From NCBI RefSeq assembly GCF_009914755.1, contig NC_060925.1: a DNA stretch of 64,000 nucleotides; one strand, 5' to 3'. The notes beneath the pieces were generated by a model. It saw nothing but the letters and a program-made list of their open reading frames with translations, did not search any database and was not told the origin of the DNA. Made by a program: the position numbers and the translations under genes. Below, one piece after another: positions 12,171 to 30,135 of this stretch. This DNA comes from the human T2T-CHM13v2.0 reference genome, Homo sapiens. Each line of letters starts with the position of its first letter. Within the stretch, counting starts at the first letter, position 1.

Positions 12171-14800
12171 TTAGAGATGGGAACACTGAGATACACACAC
12201 AAGGTCAAGTCACTTGCTGAGGTCACAGAGCTAGTAAATGGTGGAGCCCTGCTTCGTATTCTGCACTCCTAGCCTCTCTACCAACTAGGCAGACGCTAAC
12301 TGCTGCCGATGCTGGGATGGGGTGATTTTCCCAGGTGTGGCCTGACCTAGGTTTTGGGGTTTGGCTGGGTGGCCCCAGCTGGGTGCAAGCTCTGGGCTCA
12401 GTATGGGCATCAGCCTGAGGCCTGCAATCCTTGGCCTTGGCCAAGGGTGGACGCACTCCCTCCACCCTTCCTTCTGTAGCAGTGCCTACCTGGCCTAGGA
12501 GGCACTGAGCGCTCAGAGGCTATGATTAGCAATCGATTGCTGGTGCAGGGGCCAGGTGGGGGGCTCAGGAGCCCACAGCAGCCTGCAGCTCCAGGAGAGT
12601 AGACAGGTGCAGGCACCAGGGCCGAGGGCTGGCTGTGAGTGCAGAGACTGAGGCCCTAGGCTGTGGAGTCAGCATGCCATGGTTTAAATCTTGGCTTATA
12701 CTATCCTAGCTGTGTGGCCCTGGACAAGTCACTCCACTGCCCTCTGCCTCAGTTTTCCCACTTGTAAGATAGGGACTGTGTTCATATATAACCCAAACTA
12801 GCTTTATCTGCCTAAAACTTTCAGACTAGTATGCACTCGGAGAGCATCAGTGATAAGGAGAGGGCAGGGTGGGTCAGTGATGCAGCCACCCAGAGTCTCT
12901 GGGACCCTGGCTGTCCCCTGCCCACATGGCTCCCCATATTCCTTTCACCTCAACCCAACTTTCCTGGATGCATGTTGAGACTGCCAGGGGCCCCGTCCTC
13001 TCAGGAGGGGGACAAGGCTGGACTATACAATTAGATCTGGGGGGCGCTGAGGAAGCCCAGGCTGCAGAAGGAAGGGTGGAGAGAGCGTATCTTGGCTGCT
13101 GTGGCCCCAAAGAGCCCTGGCAGAGGGGGCGGTGGAGGGAGCCCCAGGTGTGGGGTCAGAGGACCTGGGCCCCAGCCTCTCAGGGTGACCTTAGCAGGCG
13201 TCTCTTCCTCCCCGGCCTCTGTCCCATGCTCAGTGGGTTCTCAGCTCAAAGGCCAGTCCCTCTGGGCTGGGACCCCAAGGTGCCTGATATGGGGTGGCCA
13301 AGTGAAGGGGAAGGGACACTGAGGAAACACTCAGATCCCCTCCACCTGGAGCTGGCCCCAGCCAGAGACTGCCTAGAACCTTTGGGGTTTCTGGAGCCTG
13401 GTGCTCCTAAAGAACCCTCAGCACTCCTCACTCTTCAAACTTCCTTCCCCTCCCGCTAGGCTGCAGGCCTCCCGTACCAGGTGCTGTGCTGGGTTCCTTG
13501 CTGCTGGATGCCCAGCATGCACACGGTGCCTGGCACACGGCAGCTATCATGTTAATATCAGCTTAATGCATGGATAAGTAAAGGAACCCCACACAGCCTG
13601 ACCCTGTACCTTCCCCTTCCCCAGCCGGGATTCCACCCCGATACCTCCCAGAGACATCCTGAGCCACTTACCTGAATGCCCACAGGAACTCCTGAGCAGA
13701 AGCCCTTCGAGTCCAGAGGATGGGGGAAGGTCATTGTGCTCCTTGCTCAATACCCCCAGGACAAGGTCCCCTCTATTCTGGGTAAGCTACTAGGGGTGAT
13801 GGGTGTGGTGGTGGTCAGTGGGTTTGGCCTCAGCCTGCAGAGCCTGAACCAAGGCCAAAGCCACCCCCACTCCCAGTCACACCCCCCTGATCCCACTGTG
13901 GGGTGAACAGACCAAGGTGGGAGAAGGGCTCAGCCCAATCGCTTGTCTAAAATGTTGCCCAACAGCCTGTTGGAAAGCTGGTGGTGATGGGTGGGGGTGG
14001 AGGTAGGGGGCTCCAAAGACCAAACTGCCCATCCCCCAATCTCTGTGCAAGACTGTGTGTCCCCTCCTCACAGATAGAAGAGGCTGGGGCCTGCCCTGGG
14101 CCCCCAGGCAAGGGCAGGTCCCCTCCACCTCCTTGGGTACCACGTGGGGGAGAGTGGAGGGTGACAGGTCAGACACAGAGAGAAAGGCCCAGGGGTAACT
14201 GGGAACATCAGCTGTGCTCTGGCCCTTCTGTCCCCTGTCCAAGGATGGGGGTGGGGAGGAGGATTAGGGGGCAGGGGAACCTTCTTTATAACCTGTGCCC
14301 CACCATTAACCCTTTCCTGCCAACAGGGTTCAGGGGCTCTGCAGATGGGGGCACCCGGTAAGACGTGGGAAGGGGCTGTGGGGGTGAGCTGGTAAGACCT
14401 GTGTCTTGGGGAGGGGTGGGAAAGGGAGGGTCTGCTAGTTCTCCCGGTGCCCGCAGTTCCTCCGGGAAGCCAGGAAGAACCAGAGCTGGTTCCCAGGCAC
14501 CCGGCAGGGGGTGTGTGGCTGTAGGGATGAGAGCGCGGCACGGCACGGGACCCTGCTTCGTGTCACCTGCGGGGCTGCAAACTGGGGCGGGGATGCGGTG
14601 ACCTCTGCACGTGCGCTCTCTGCGCTGCCCCCGCCCCCTACCGTCCCTAGCTCTGTCCCCCTCAGGACGCCGCGTCCCCAGGGGTGCGGCGGGGCCGTGA
14701 AGGGCGGGTCGCCAGCCCCATCCCCCAGGTCTCCGAGCGGCGAGGGGACTGCGCGGGTCCCCGGCACCCGATCCCCCCGCCCCCGGCCGGGCCCCCTCAC

Positions 14801-14822
14801 CTCGCGACACGCAGGAGCCCAT
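14801..14822 (-). CDS. FAM131C: FAM131C coding exon 1 (MGSCVSR + 1 nt)
   Basis: ATG at 14822 in strong Kozak context (gtgATGG); ATG GGC TCC TGC GTG TCG CGA G followed by a GTGAG donor; lies in the CpG island; phase joins exon 2 to give Asp8. Confidence 0.93.
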
Positions 14823-14881
14823 CACGGGGCCGCGGGGCCGGGCCGCTGCGCCCGGGGTGCGTGGGGCCGCGGGGCGTTCAT
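14822..14881 (-). other. 19-aa upstream ORF (MNAPRPHAPRAQRPGPAAP*) whose TGA overlaps the main ATG
   Basis: gacATGa at 14881; 60 nt to TGA at 14824-14822; TGATG overlap. Translation not shown. Confidence 0.55.
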
Positions 14882-15649
14882 GTCTCCGCGGGCCCGGGGC
14901 TGAGCGCTGCGGAGCCAGAGGACGGGCGGGGCGGGGGGCTCGGGCGCCCTCAGCTCGGCCTCAGCTCCAGCCTGGGTCGTCCCTGCTGCCGCCGCGCCCG
15001 GCTCGCCTCGCGCCGCCGCCTCCCGCGCAGTGCCCGCCGCTGCCAGGGGAGGGCGACACCGCGGGGCGCGGCGGGCGGGGCCCGGGGGAGCGCAGCCGGG
15101 AGGCTCGGGCACACCTGTGGCCGCAGCGCGCGGGAGGGCCATCTCTGTCCCTTCGGGGCTCCCCCACCTCCTGGGGTTGCCCGGGCTGAAGGTCAGGGAA
15201 GGGGACAGAGGGGGCGGGGAGACTCCTGGCATTTGGGGCACAAAGTAAACAACATGAATTTAACCACAACAACGACGACTGGGCACGAAGGCTTGGGAGC
15301 GAGGAGGGGTGCGCGCAAGAACAACAGTTCCATTGGGCCTATTTTTAGAGGATGAAAGTGAGGCTCGCAGAAGTTAGAGGCCTTGCCTGAGAGCCCTAAG
15401 CTGTGAGTTCAGCGACTTTTGACTGTCAGCGCCTCATTCAGAGCTATTGAAATTAACATATGCAAAATAATATATGCCCAGAGGTGGGGTAGAGAGAGTG
15501 CGGGTAGATAGTGCGCTGGTGGCCTGGCGGCGGGATGAAGGGTCTCCAGCGATGGTTGAAGAGGGGGGCAAGGCTGCCTCTCAGGGCTTGTCTAGGGCAG
15601 AGTAAACTGAGGCACAGGTTTTTTTCCCCAGCCCTGGACGGCCTCTGTA

Positions 15650-15900
15650 GTCATTCACACTTACTCGCACGTACCTACACACACACTCTCCCATGTGTAC
15701 ATACCCCTCATTCACACACTGATGGTCATACACACACATATATATGCACACTTGCATTTACATACACGCACACACACTCACATACCTACACATGAATACA
15801 CAGTCTCCCATGTGTACATACCCACTCACACCCACACAATGACAGTTATACACTCACATTGAAGCACGCTTGCATTTACACACACACACACACACACACA
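15650..15900. repeat. Degenerate (CA)n tract with an internal duplication
   Basis: CA-rich; ctcccatgtgtacataccc occurs twice; ends in pure (CA)n. Confidence 0.8.
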
Positions 15901-15984
15901 TCCCAGCTCCTGAGGTGTGAAGATCCTTTAGCAAAATTTCCCATGCACACAGCACTCAATGTCAGTGTCTGAGACCCTCACTCA

Positions 15985-16737
<753 letters not shown>

Positions 16738-19700
16738 AATGAATAAGGTTTGAGGCAGCAGCGTGGGATAGGGCTGGAGGCCTCTCAAGGGGCAGGATCT
16801 GGGCCAGGGCGCACTGCCAGAGCAGCTGAGCCAGGGAGTGGGTGCTGACTTCTTTCTCTTTCTCTAAGCTAGGTGCTCTCTGCCCAGTAAAGTCCGGGTG
16901 GAGAGCGGTTCTGTGCCTGGCCCTGGTGTCAGCAGACCTGGGTGAATGAGGGCTTAGCTCACACAAGCTGTGCGACCTTGGGTAAGTTGCTTCGCCTCTC
17001 TGAGTCTCAGATTTTTCATCTGTTAACTTAGGGTAAAAATCCCACCTCGTGGGATTGCTGTGAGGGCTGATGAAATTAATATATGCAAAATCACTGGCAC
17101 GTAGTAGGTACTCAACTTAGGACTAAAAATAAATAATAGTGATAGTGAACACAAACAGGTATGATGTGTTATTACTCCACCACAGCTTCCCGACAGCCAC
17201 AGGGAAGTCTGAGAACTTCCGTTCAACAGATGCATATAAAGCACCTACTGTGTGCCAGTGTGAACAAGACAAATGTGCCAATCCTTGAGTCAGCGCTGTA
17301 TTCAGTCACAGTTGCTCAGAGCCCCCCTAACTGTACCCTCCAGGTCTGGCCTTGGAGAGGGTGGCTCAGAAAGGACAGCCTGCTATCACCTTGGATGCCC
17401 TGGTGCCAGGTGTGTGCCTGCCCTTGTGTGGAGAAGGAAAGGCGGATCTGCCTGTGCCAGGCTCTGGGGTCCCGTCCTGTGTGGCCTGGGCTTGTAAAGG
17501 CAGTGGTGTCCTTCTCTTCTTCCTGTCACGGAGTGACTGGATCTGGCTTGGAAGGAGGGCTCTGACTCACTATGACGCAGGATGCTCCGTCATGGCAGCT
17601 GATGCTCCCTGCTGGCAGCCTGACAGCTTTGGGGGTAGATGGGACAGGGAGAGGGACACTTGAGAAGACGACAGGGCAGCTCACAGGGGAGAGGATGCCT
17701 GGTCACCCCACTGTGCCCCATTTAGCCTAAGCCAGGGACAGGAGGGCAGGGCAAGGCAGTGGCCCCACCTAGGGTCCCTTGCTGACCCACTCAGAGATGT
17801 GGCTGGGCTGGAGATTTGGCTCTCCAGCCTCTGGTGTTCATGCTGGTCAGTTCCACATTGACTCAATCCTCTCCTTGTACACATTGGCACTCAGAGAGGG
17901 GCAGGGGCTTGCCCAAGGTCACACAGCAAATCAGTGGTAGAGCGGGGACTAGAACCCAGGTCTCCTGCCTCTCAGCCCAGCCCTGGCACCAGCCTGAGAC
18001 CAGGCCACGCAGGGCCGGTGGCTCTCCTTGCACGCTCACATTCACCTTGGAATTCTGCTGAAGTAGACGATGTCCAGACAGCTCTGAGCTGTGTGGTTGT
18101 CCTCCCCGGGGCCACACTGTCCTTTCCCAGTTCACCCCATAGCCCATCTGCCCTGTGACCTTCCACTGCCCGCCCCCAGGGCCCTCTTTGCCATGCCGCT
18201 GCTGGGCTAGAGTGGAGAGGAGAGAGTGTCCAGGCTGTGCCCTTCACACCTAGCAGCCCATTCTCTTGCCATGATTTCGGGGATCCAGGCAGAACCCCCA
18301 CTCCGGTGGCCTTGCTCCGAGCATGCATCAGCCCTGAGTGCCTGGCCCTGATTGGCTGGGCACTGGAGCGTGAAGAGGAGCTGCTGCAGGGTTTGATCAG
18401 AGAAAGATTAATCAAGGCCAACCATTACAGCGATGAATCAGACCAGGCCCTGCCCTGGCAGCCCTGGGGGTGGGGCGGGGACGCTGCAGGAGCCACGTGC
18501 ATAAATAGCGCAGGGTCAGGGTGGACAGTGCTGCATCTCCATGCCAGCCAAGTGTGTGACAGGAGAGTCACTTCTGCCAAGGGCTATGGGGATGGCTTTC
18601 AGGCGATCGTGACCCTAGAAGCGGATTTTGAAGGTCGAGTGGGCTGTTGGTGGTAGAAGGCTCTGTGTGCACAAATGTTTGGAGGCAGGGGGCCACAGCA
18701 GACTGGCATATATGACATCCAGGGACCAGTGGGAGAGGGTGGGGCTGGACCCCTTCCCCAGGCCCCAAACATCGCAAGAAGGGCAGAGCTTGAAAAGCAG
18801 AAAGAGAACAGCATCAGAAGCCAGTCAGATCTGGGTTTGAATCCTGTGCCAAAACCAACATGCAGTAGATCCATGCTCAATAAGTATTTGCTGAATGAAT
18901 GCGAGAAAGTGAGACTTGCCCAAGGTCCCATATCTAGAACGTGGGACTGGTTCAATCAGCCAGGACTGATTCAACCTTTCATTCATCCAGCAATTGCTCA
19001 CTGAGCACCTGCTGTGTGACAAGCGCAGTCTGTGCCGAGATTACGACATGAATGAGACGGACAAGGGCCCCGCTCATTGGAGCTTATGGTTCTGGTGGGG
19101 GAGGCAGGTGTTAATTCAATAATGACCCAGATACATTTAGAATCACGGCCCTGGAAGCGCTCAGAAAGGAGCCCTTGAGAGTGAAGAAGAGGACTTCATC
19201 TGGTCCCAGGCATGAAAGGCACATCCAGAGAAATGACAATGACAGAGCCCACAGCTGATGGATGGGTGGGATTTAGCTAGGTAGAGAGAGGGGAGGGCCT
19301 CCAAGGCAGAGGGGCTGGGCAGAGAGGCTAGGCCATGGCCACGGTCCGGAGGTGGGAGGGAGGGACCAGGTCCTGGGAGGAGGATAGAGGTGGCAGCTCC
19401 TGCAGGGCCTCACAGTGGAATCTGGTCTTTGTCCAAAGCACATCTCTTGTTTCCTCATCTGTGAACCAAATCCCCCCTCCATTCATTCTCGGTGAGATGG
19501 AGGTGCACATGAGTTTCCAGGAGAATTCCCTGCTTTCTCTGGAGGTTTGGCCCTGCCTGGGGGGTTCCAGGGGCCAGGACTTGGGGCCTTTTGGTGGAGG
19601 CTGAGAAAGAAGGCCACAGGCTGACCTCAGAATGGGCCCACTTTCAGCTCCAGGCTCAGGACTGGGGGCTGCTGGCTGGAGTTGGGTGTCAGGTCATCTC

Positions 19701-19901
19701 CCTGCCTCACCCCCAGGCAACCAGCTGGACTAGGGAAAGAGAGAGAAGGGTAAACTCTCAGTCTGATGGGGGAGACAGAGCCCTCAGGGAGCTCCAAGTC
19801 TGACAGAAGAGACACGGCAACTGTGCTGGGCATGGGGACACTGAGGTGAGACCAGCCCCCTCCCTGGGAGCTTTCAGTCTGATGGGTAAAGAGGTGTTCT
19901 G

Positions 19902-20313
<412 letters not shown>

Positions 20314-21415
20314 TCAGAGGGCTGGTACTCCAATTCCTAGATCTCAGGATCTCTGCAGGTAGAAGGAAGCCCCCCTGCTAGAACTGTTGCTTTTCCAGAG
20401 CTGTGAGTGTGAGGCAGCCGCTGGCCATCAGGGGGCAGCCTGAGACAGCATCATTCTCTGTTGCTTTCCTTTTCCTTCCTCCCGCCGTCTGCTGACCCAG
20501 AAAGTACCCTGCTGGTAACTCAGCCCCAGCCATGGCTCTGGGTGGTGCATGCTGCACCCTGCACAGAGGAGCCTGGCTGAGTGGGAGGGGACCAAAACCT
20601 GCCCGTGCTCTGGTCCCAAAGCCCTGAGCTCTACCGTTGTGTAGAGCTCTGTGTCTGCCCCAGGACAGGGAGGTTTTTTCCTAGCACAAAGGTGTCACTT
20701 CCTCTAAGCTGTGCACTCACAGGGTGCATCTACCCAGAGGGAAGGCCTTTTACAATTTTGCACAAAGTCTCTGTATAGCCTAGCCAGGCTCCTGAAGTCA
20801 GACAACACGTGGTCCTGACCCCCATTGTACAGATGCGGAGACTGAACCCCAGGAAAGGAACCAAGGCCAGTTAGGAGCACAGCTGGGACTGGAACACCAC
20901 AGCCAGCAGGACCCGCTGCTCCAGTCTGGAGGAGTCAGGTGCTAGGTGTCACTTCTGGTGTCCTGGCCCCGCCTGGGGTTTCCCCGGGGCTAGGACTTGG
21001 GGCCTTTCTGGGGAGCCTGAGAAAGTCACAGGCCGTTCTCGGAATATGCCTACTCTCACTTCCAGGCTCCGACTGGAATTGGATGTTAGGTCAGAGCCCT
21101 CCCCAGGAAAGCAGGCTGGACTAGGTGGGATAGGCCGAGACAGAAAGTTGAGCCCCTAGTCTGATGGGGGAGACAGAGCCCTTAGGGAATTCCAAGTCTG
21201 ATGCAGGAGACACAGCCATGCTGCCAGGCCCTGTCCTGAGCACTGGGAACACGGATGAATCCAGTCCCTGTGCCGGGGAAGCTCCTAGCCTGGTGAGTAA
21301 ACAGGTGTTTACTCCCAGCCCCAGTGCGGCGAGAGCCCTGCTGACCAGGTCAAGCCATTAGTGGGAGCTTGAGGGGCAGTTTCAGGTGTCTGGGTTATTA
21401 ACAGTGCCAATAATC

Positions 21416-21745
<330 letters not shown>

Positions 21746-22237
21746 AAAAACAGTACCAATAATCATCATGGCAGCTGAGGCCTTTCTGCGTGTCAGGAGC
21801 TGTCTGGAGACCCTTACCCTCCTGTCCTGTTTCACCCTCCCAGTAACTCTAGGAGGGGGAGAAGGTGGTCCAAGCCATCATCATGCTGGGGCAGCCCTTA
21901 AACTCTTGGCAGTCCCCTCTATCTTGACCTTCAGGGCGATTCTGAGCCTGGAAACCCCTGGGGCCTGAGCATCTCCCCCATTCCTGCCTCTGGACATTTG
22001 CACAAGCTGCACACCCTGTCACAATCAGTCCATACCTCACACATCCTTCGAGTCCCACAGAGGTCTTGCCTGTTTTACTCTCTGTTCACACCTTTATTCA
22101 TCAAATATTGATTGAAGCAGCACCTACAATGGGTTATAGCTGACAGTGAACAGCCATGCTTGGCCTCCAAGGCAGAGGGAACAGCTCAGGCGGCAGCCAT
22201 GGTCTGGAAGTGATCCAGCTGTCCTGGAGATAAGAGC

Positions 22238-22312
22238 AGGGGCCAGCAAACTATGGCCCATTGGCTAGATATGGCCAACAGTCTGTTTTTGTAAGCAAGG
22301 TTTTGTTTTATT

Positions 22313-22347
<35 letters not shown>

Positions 22348-22995
22348 TCTGAAACAGAGTCTTATTTTGTCACCCAGCCTGGAGTGCAGAGGTACAATCT
22401 CAGCTCACTGCAACCCCTGCCTCCCTCATTCAAGCAATTCTGCCTCGGCCTCCTGAGTAACTGGACTACAGGCATGTGCCACCAATCCCGGCTAATTTTT
22501 GTATTTTTAGTAGAGATGGGGGTTTCGCCATGTTGGCCAGGCTGGTCTTGGAACTCCTTACCTCAGGTGATCCGTCCACCTCAGCATCCCAAAGTGCTGG
22601 GATTGCAGGCATGAGCCACCGCCCCCGGCCTAAACAAAGATTTATTGAAACATATCTACACCCATTTGTTTACCTATTGTCTCTGGCTGCCTCACACTCC
22701 CCCGACAGAGTGGTGTAGACAGAGATGACAGGGCCCTCAAAGCTGAAAATAGGCTGGACCTGGTGGCTCACGCCTCTAATCCCAGCACTTTGGGAGGTCA
22801 AAATGGGAGGATCACTTAAGCCCAGGAGTTCGAGACCAACCTGGGCAATATAGTGAGTACTTGTCGCTACAAAAAAAAAAAAATTTTTAATTAGCCACAC
22901 ATGGTGGCACGCGCCTGTAGTCCCAGCTACTCTGGAGGCGGAAGTGGGAGTATCACTAGAACCCAGAAGGTTGAGGCTGCAGTGAGCTCTGATGC
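22238..22995. mobile_element. MER58-like hAT element interrupted by a minus-strand Alu (~22300-22630), followed by a 3'-truncated plus-strand Alu (22752-22995)
   Basis: caggggccagcaaactatggccca terminus; Alu bodies clearly visible. Confidence 0.7.
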
Positions 22996-24976
22996 TTAGA
23001 GTGTGGCAGAGGAGACAACATTAACAAGTCCCCGGAATAAATAATAAGTTGACAAATCCGAAGTGCCGGGAGGGGCACAACAGGGGGCAGGAACTGGCGC
23101 TCAGGGTCACACTGCTTAAGCATTTATTTTCACCTTTGGTCCCCCACCAGGTCAGCCAGGGCAGGGTGGGCTAGCAGACAGCATGCTGGCCCCTCTGAAA
23201 GCAAAGCTTTGGGTGGGGGCCTCCTCCTGGGTCGGTGTTTATGCCAGGCAGGGGTGAGGGTCCCGCCCAAATCTGCAGTAGGGGCCAATGTTCTGATCGC
23301 CACCTCACCTGGCCTCATCTGGCCTCACCTGGCCTCGTGGCCTTCACAGCGGTTCAGGAGCACTTCCCTGTCAGTCATCCCCTGGGAGGAAGGCAAGAGC
23401 AGGAAGTACAACTGGACAATACAGGCTCCTTATGTTCGATGACTTGGCCAAGGCCTTACTCCTTGCCTCTGTAGACAGAGATCTTGATGTCGTGGGAAAG
23501 CCCTGGATGGCATTTAGGACACCAGGGTTCTAGCCCAGGACTCATCCGGGCAAGTCTGTTCCCCTCTGAGCCTCAGTATGTTCATCTGTACCCTAGAGGG
23601 CTGGATGAATGGACCTGTAAGTTCTTTTCTGCAGCTGCCAGCAGCACGCTGGGGCTCGTCCCATCACTCTCCAGGCTTTGGTTCGTCTCTGTAAAATGGG
23701 GAGATGAATACTGGGCCCTCCCACACTTCTGAGGCGGGTCCCAGGCCAGAGAGATCACAGATGGGAAAGTGCTTTGAGCTCGGTGGGAGAAAGGAGCTCT
23801 ATAAACCCAGGGGTTTATTAGATGATCCAGGATCAAGGAGGGCTGGTGGCCTGGAGGCCTTGGGTCAGTGTCTGGTCTGACCAGCAGAGGGCACTCTGGG
23901 GAAGCTGGGGCTGGTTCTAGGACTGGAATCCACTTTGTTCCTCTGAGAATACATGCTGAGGCCCTACTGTGTACCACGTCTGCTGTGCTGGGCATGGGGA
24001 CGTGGCCATGAATGAATGGGACCCAAGGGGGTGGGGTGGGGTCATGGAGCAACCAGGCCTAATGCAGAGTGAGATGGGAGCTATGGTGGGGGCTAGGCAG
24101 GGATGGTGCCCGGGGCACCTCTGCCACCATAGCTCCCATCTCTCCTTAGTTGGGAGAGCCCAGGTCAGAGGTCTAGGCTGGAGAGCCAGAGGGGCAACCT
24201 GGAGAAGCAAGTGTGTGGGCTCTGGGGCCAGGCTGCCTGGGTTTGAATAGGGCTCTGCCACCTATGGTCAATTTCGTCCCCTCTCTGGGCCTCAGCTTCC
24301 TCACCTGCAAAGCAAGGATAAGAAGAGTACTCACCTCCCAGAGCTGCTGTGAGGACTGAGCAGCTAATCTTGGGTGACACCTTTTAGAACAGAGCGTGGC
24401 CCATGCAAACTCTTGAAATGGCATGGTTATGGCCTGGTGCCAGTGGTTTGGATGTTGCCGCCAGGGGCTTGTGCCCACCCTGGGGGAGACTGATGAGGAC
24501 AAAGCTGAGGATGGAGCTGCCTGGAGAAGAAAGAGCGAGAGGCACAGCCTGGGAGATTTGGGGAAGGAAACACGACTTCGGGGGGAGGGTGCAACGAGGG
24601 GACAGAGGGAGTTTGAAGGAGGAGAGGGTAGCCAAGCACCCAGTGCAACCCCAAAATAAGCCCTCCTCCTGAGCCACCCCCTGCCAGCCCCTTCCTCAGC
24701 TTTCACTGAGTATATCACTGGGCCTCCCTGAACCTCAGTCTCCTCCTCTGTAAAATAGGAAAGTAGCACCCGTGTCACTGGGCTTCAAATGTTCCCTAAG
24801 ACGACATGGCCCTGGGGGGACTCTAAATGCCCCCCTCCCACATAATCTTCTGTTGGAACCCCCTTGGCCCCAGGAGGGGCTGGGGCTGGCTCCGTCTCCA
24901 CAACCATCCAGGCCTTTTGTTTAGAGAACCAGTCTAAGAGGAAAACCCCAAAAACAAACACAGCCCAGCTGGTGTC

Positions 24977-25030
24977 CCCTGCCCAGCCCTGCCCAGCCCT
25001 GCCCAGCCCTGCCCAGCCCACTCCTGCCCT
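24977..25030. repeat. (GCCCAGCCCT)n decamer tandem repeat
   Basis: About four copies, visible directly. Confidence 0.85.
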
Positions 25031-25247
25031 TCCCACTCCGAGAAGCGGCTGGGCGGGGGGGTGGAGAAACTCACATTGTGGGAAAGTGTTTTTCCCAGCA
25101 GAGGTATGGAGGGGGCACAAGTCCAGGTCAGGGTGGTGCCAGCTGAGGGGTGGGCCCCAGGCCTCACCTGCCTTCGAGATGTTCCTTCCTAGGGGAAGAG
25201 CAGTGGGCAGAAGCCCCCCAGCAAGCTCACTGAATGTGTGGATTCTA

Positions 25248-26793
<1,546 letters not shown>

Positions 26794-27065
26794 TTAGAGG
26801 ATGGTTGTGCGGATAAGGAAACTGAGGCTCTAAGAGGCAAGTGCTAGGATTCCAAATTCCATCGCCTGAGAGGGCATCCAGAGCACAGGTCTCCATATCT
26901 CGAGGTGGAGATAGGAGGGGAGGAGGAGAGCGTGGGTCAGCTGGGCTGGGGCTGCTCCCTCTGTGGACCCTGGGCTTCAGGGTTGAATTGCTGCTGACAC
27001 TTCCAGGGCCTGGCTGGGCCAGGATGGAGTTCAGGGCTGAGTGAAGGCAAGGTCAAGCCTTCTGA

Positions 27066-28002
<937 letters not shown>

Positions 28003-28010
28003 CCTTGCTC

Positions 28011-29070
<1,060 letters not shown>

Positions 29071-30135
29071 GGGGAGGCACAATGAGGTCGTGAGAACTTG
29101 GGGAGTCCTCTCTGCCTAGGGCCGCTCGTTGATATGTCCTGGGGCGGTGTCACTGTGGGGAGGGTAGCCCTCCTCCTCACCATTGAGAGGCCCTGGGTCC
29201 CAGGCTTTAGATGGAAGAGAAGTAAGAGGTTGTTGGGGCTGAGGGCGGAAGCAGGAGGGTGAGGAGGCAGGAACAGAACCCTGCAGGGCCACTGACTCTC
29301 AGCCTCTGAACCTCCCCAGTCCCTCTCCCTCCTCCCTGTGCCTCCCCACACAGTCTCTCTCCCCGCAGCTCCCAAATCTTCTCCTTCCTGCCAGCCAGCT
29401 GGGGCGGGCAGACCAGGACCACCTTGGTCCAGGTGCCCCCTGATCTAATTTGTACTTTCTAACACTTCCTCCCATTTCCCCACCCCAGCCCGGGCTGGGC
29501 ACCTCCTGGGAGGAAGAGGGGGAGGTAGGGCAGGGGTGGGGACAGGGAGAGCAGATTCCTAAACAGGAGACAGGAAGAAGCTCTGAGATGTTGGACAGAA
29601 AAAGGAGGTTCGGCTGTGACCAAATGAATAAACCTCACTCTGTCCCAGCCCCGCAGGCTGGCGGTGAGGACATGGGGATTGTGGGCCTGGCGTAGGTTTG
29701 GTGCTCAGGGAAAGATGGCTGTTACTACTGGAGAGTGGCCTCCCATGACCTCGCCTCACCTCCTCACTTCTCTGTAGGGAAACCAAGGCTCAGAGAGGGC
29801 GTGGGCCCAGTCCTGGGTCACACAGCGCTCACAGCCCGCTGGGGTGGCGCCTCCCCTGGGTGGCTCCCTTGGGGTGGGCTCCATTGTGCTCTCCCCAGCA
29901 GGAAACCGCTGTGCTCAGCAGCCTGGGCAGTAGGAGAAGAGGAACGAGTTTGGCTACGTGACCGGCAGGCCCTGGAGGCTGAGCCAGGCCCAGCCGGGAA
30001 AACAACCTGCTGGAGGCCGCCTGGGCAGGGCCAGGAGGGTGGGCACCAGGGTGGAGACCTCACTGCCCAGAGAGGGGGAAGTGGGCCGAGCTGTGGGCTT
30101 CCCCTGGGACAGAGTTGGGAGGAGTCCTTGGGGAC

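Larger units (their letters stand above)
14500..15320. promoter_or_regulatory. FAM131C: CpG island / FAM131C promoter and 5' UTR
   Basis: Very GC-rich, dense CpGs and multiple GGGCGG boxes around exon 1; TSS inferred near 15000-15100 but not directly visible. Confidence 0.85.
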
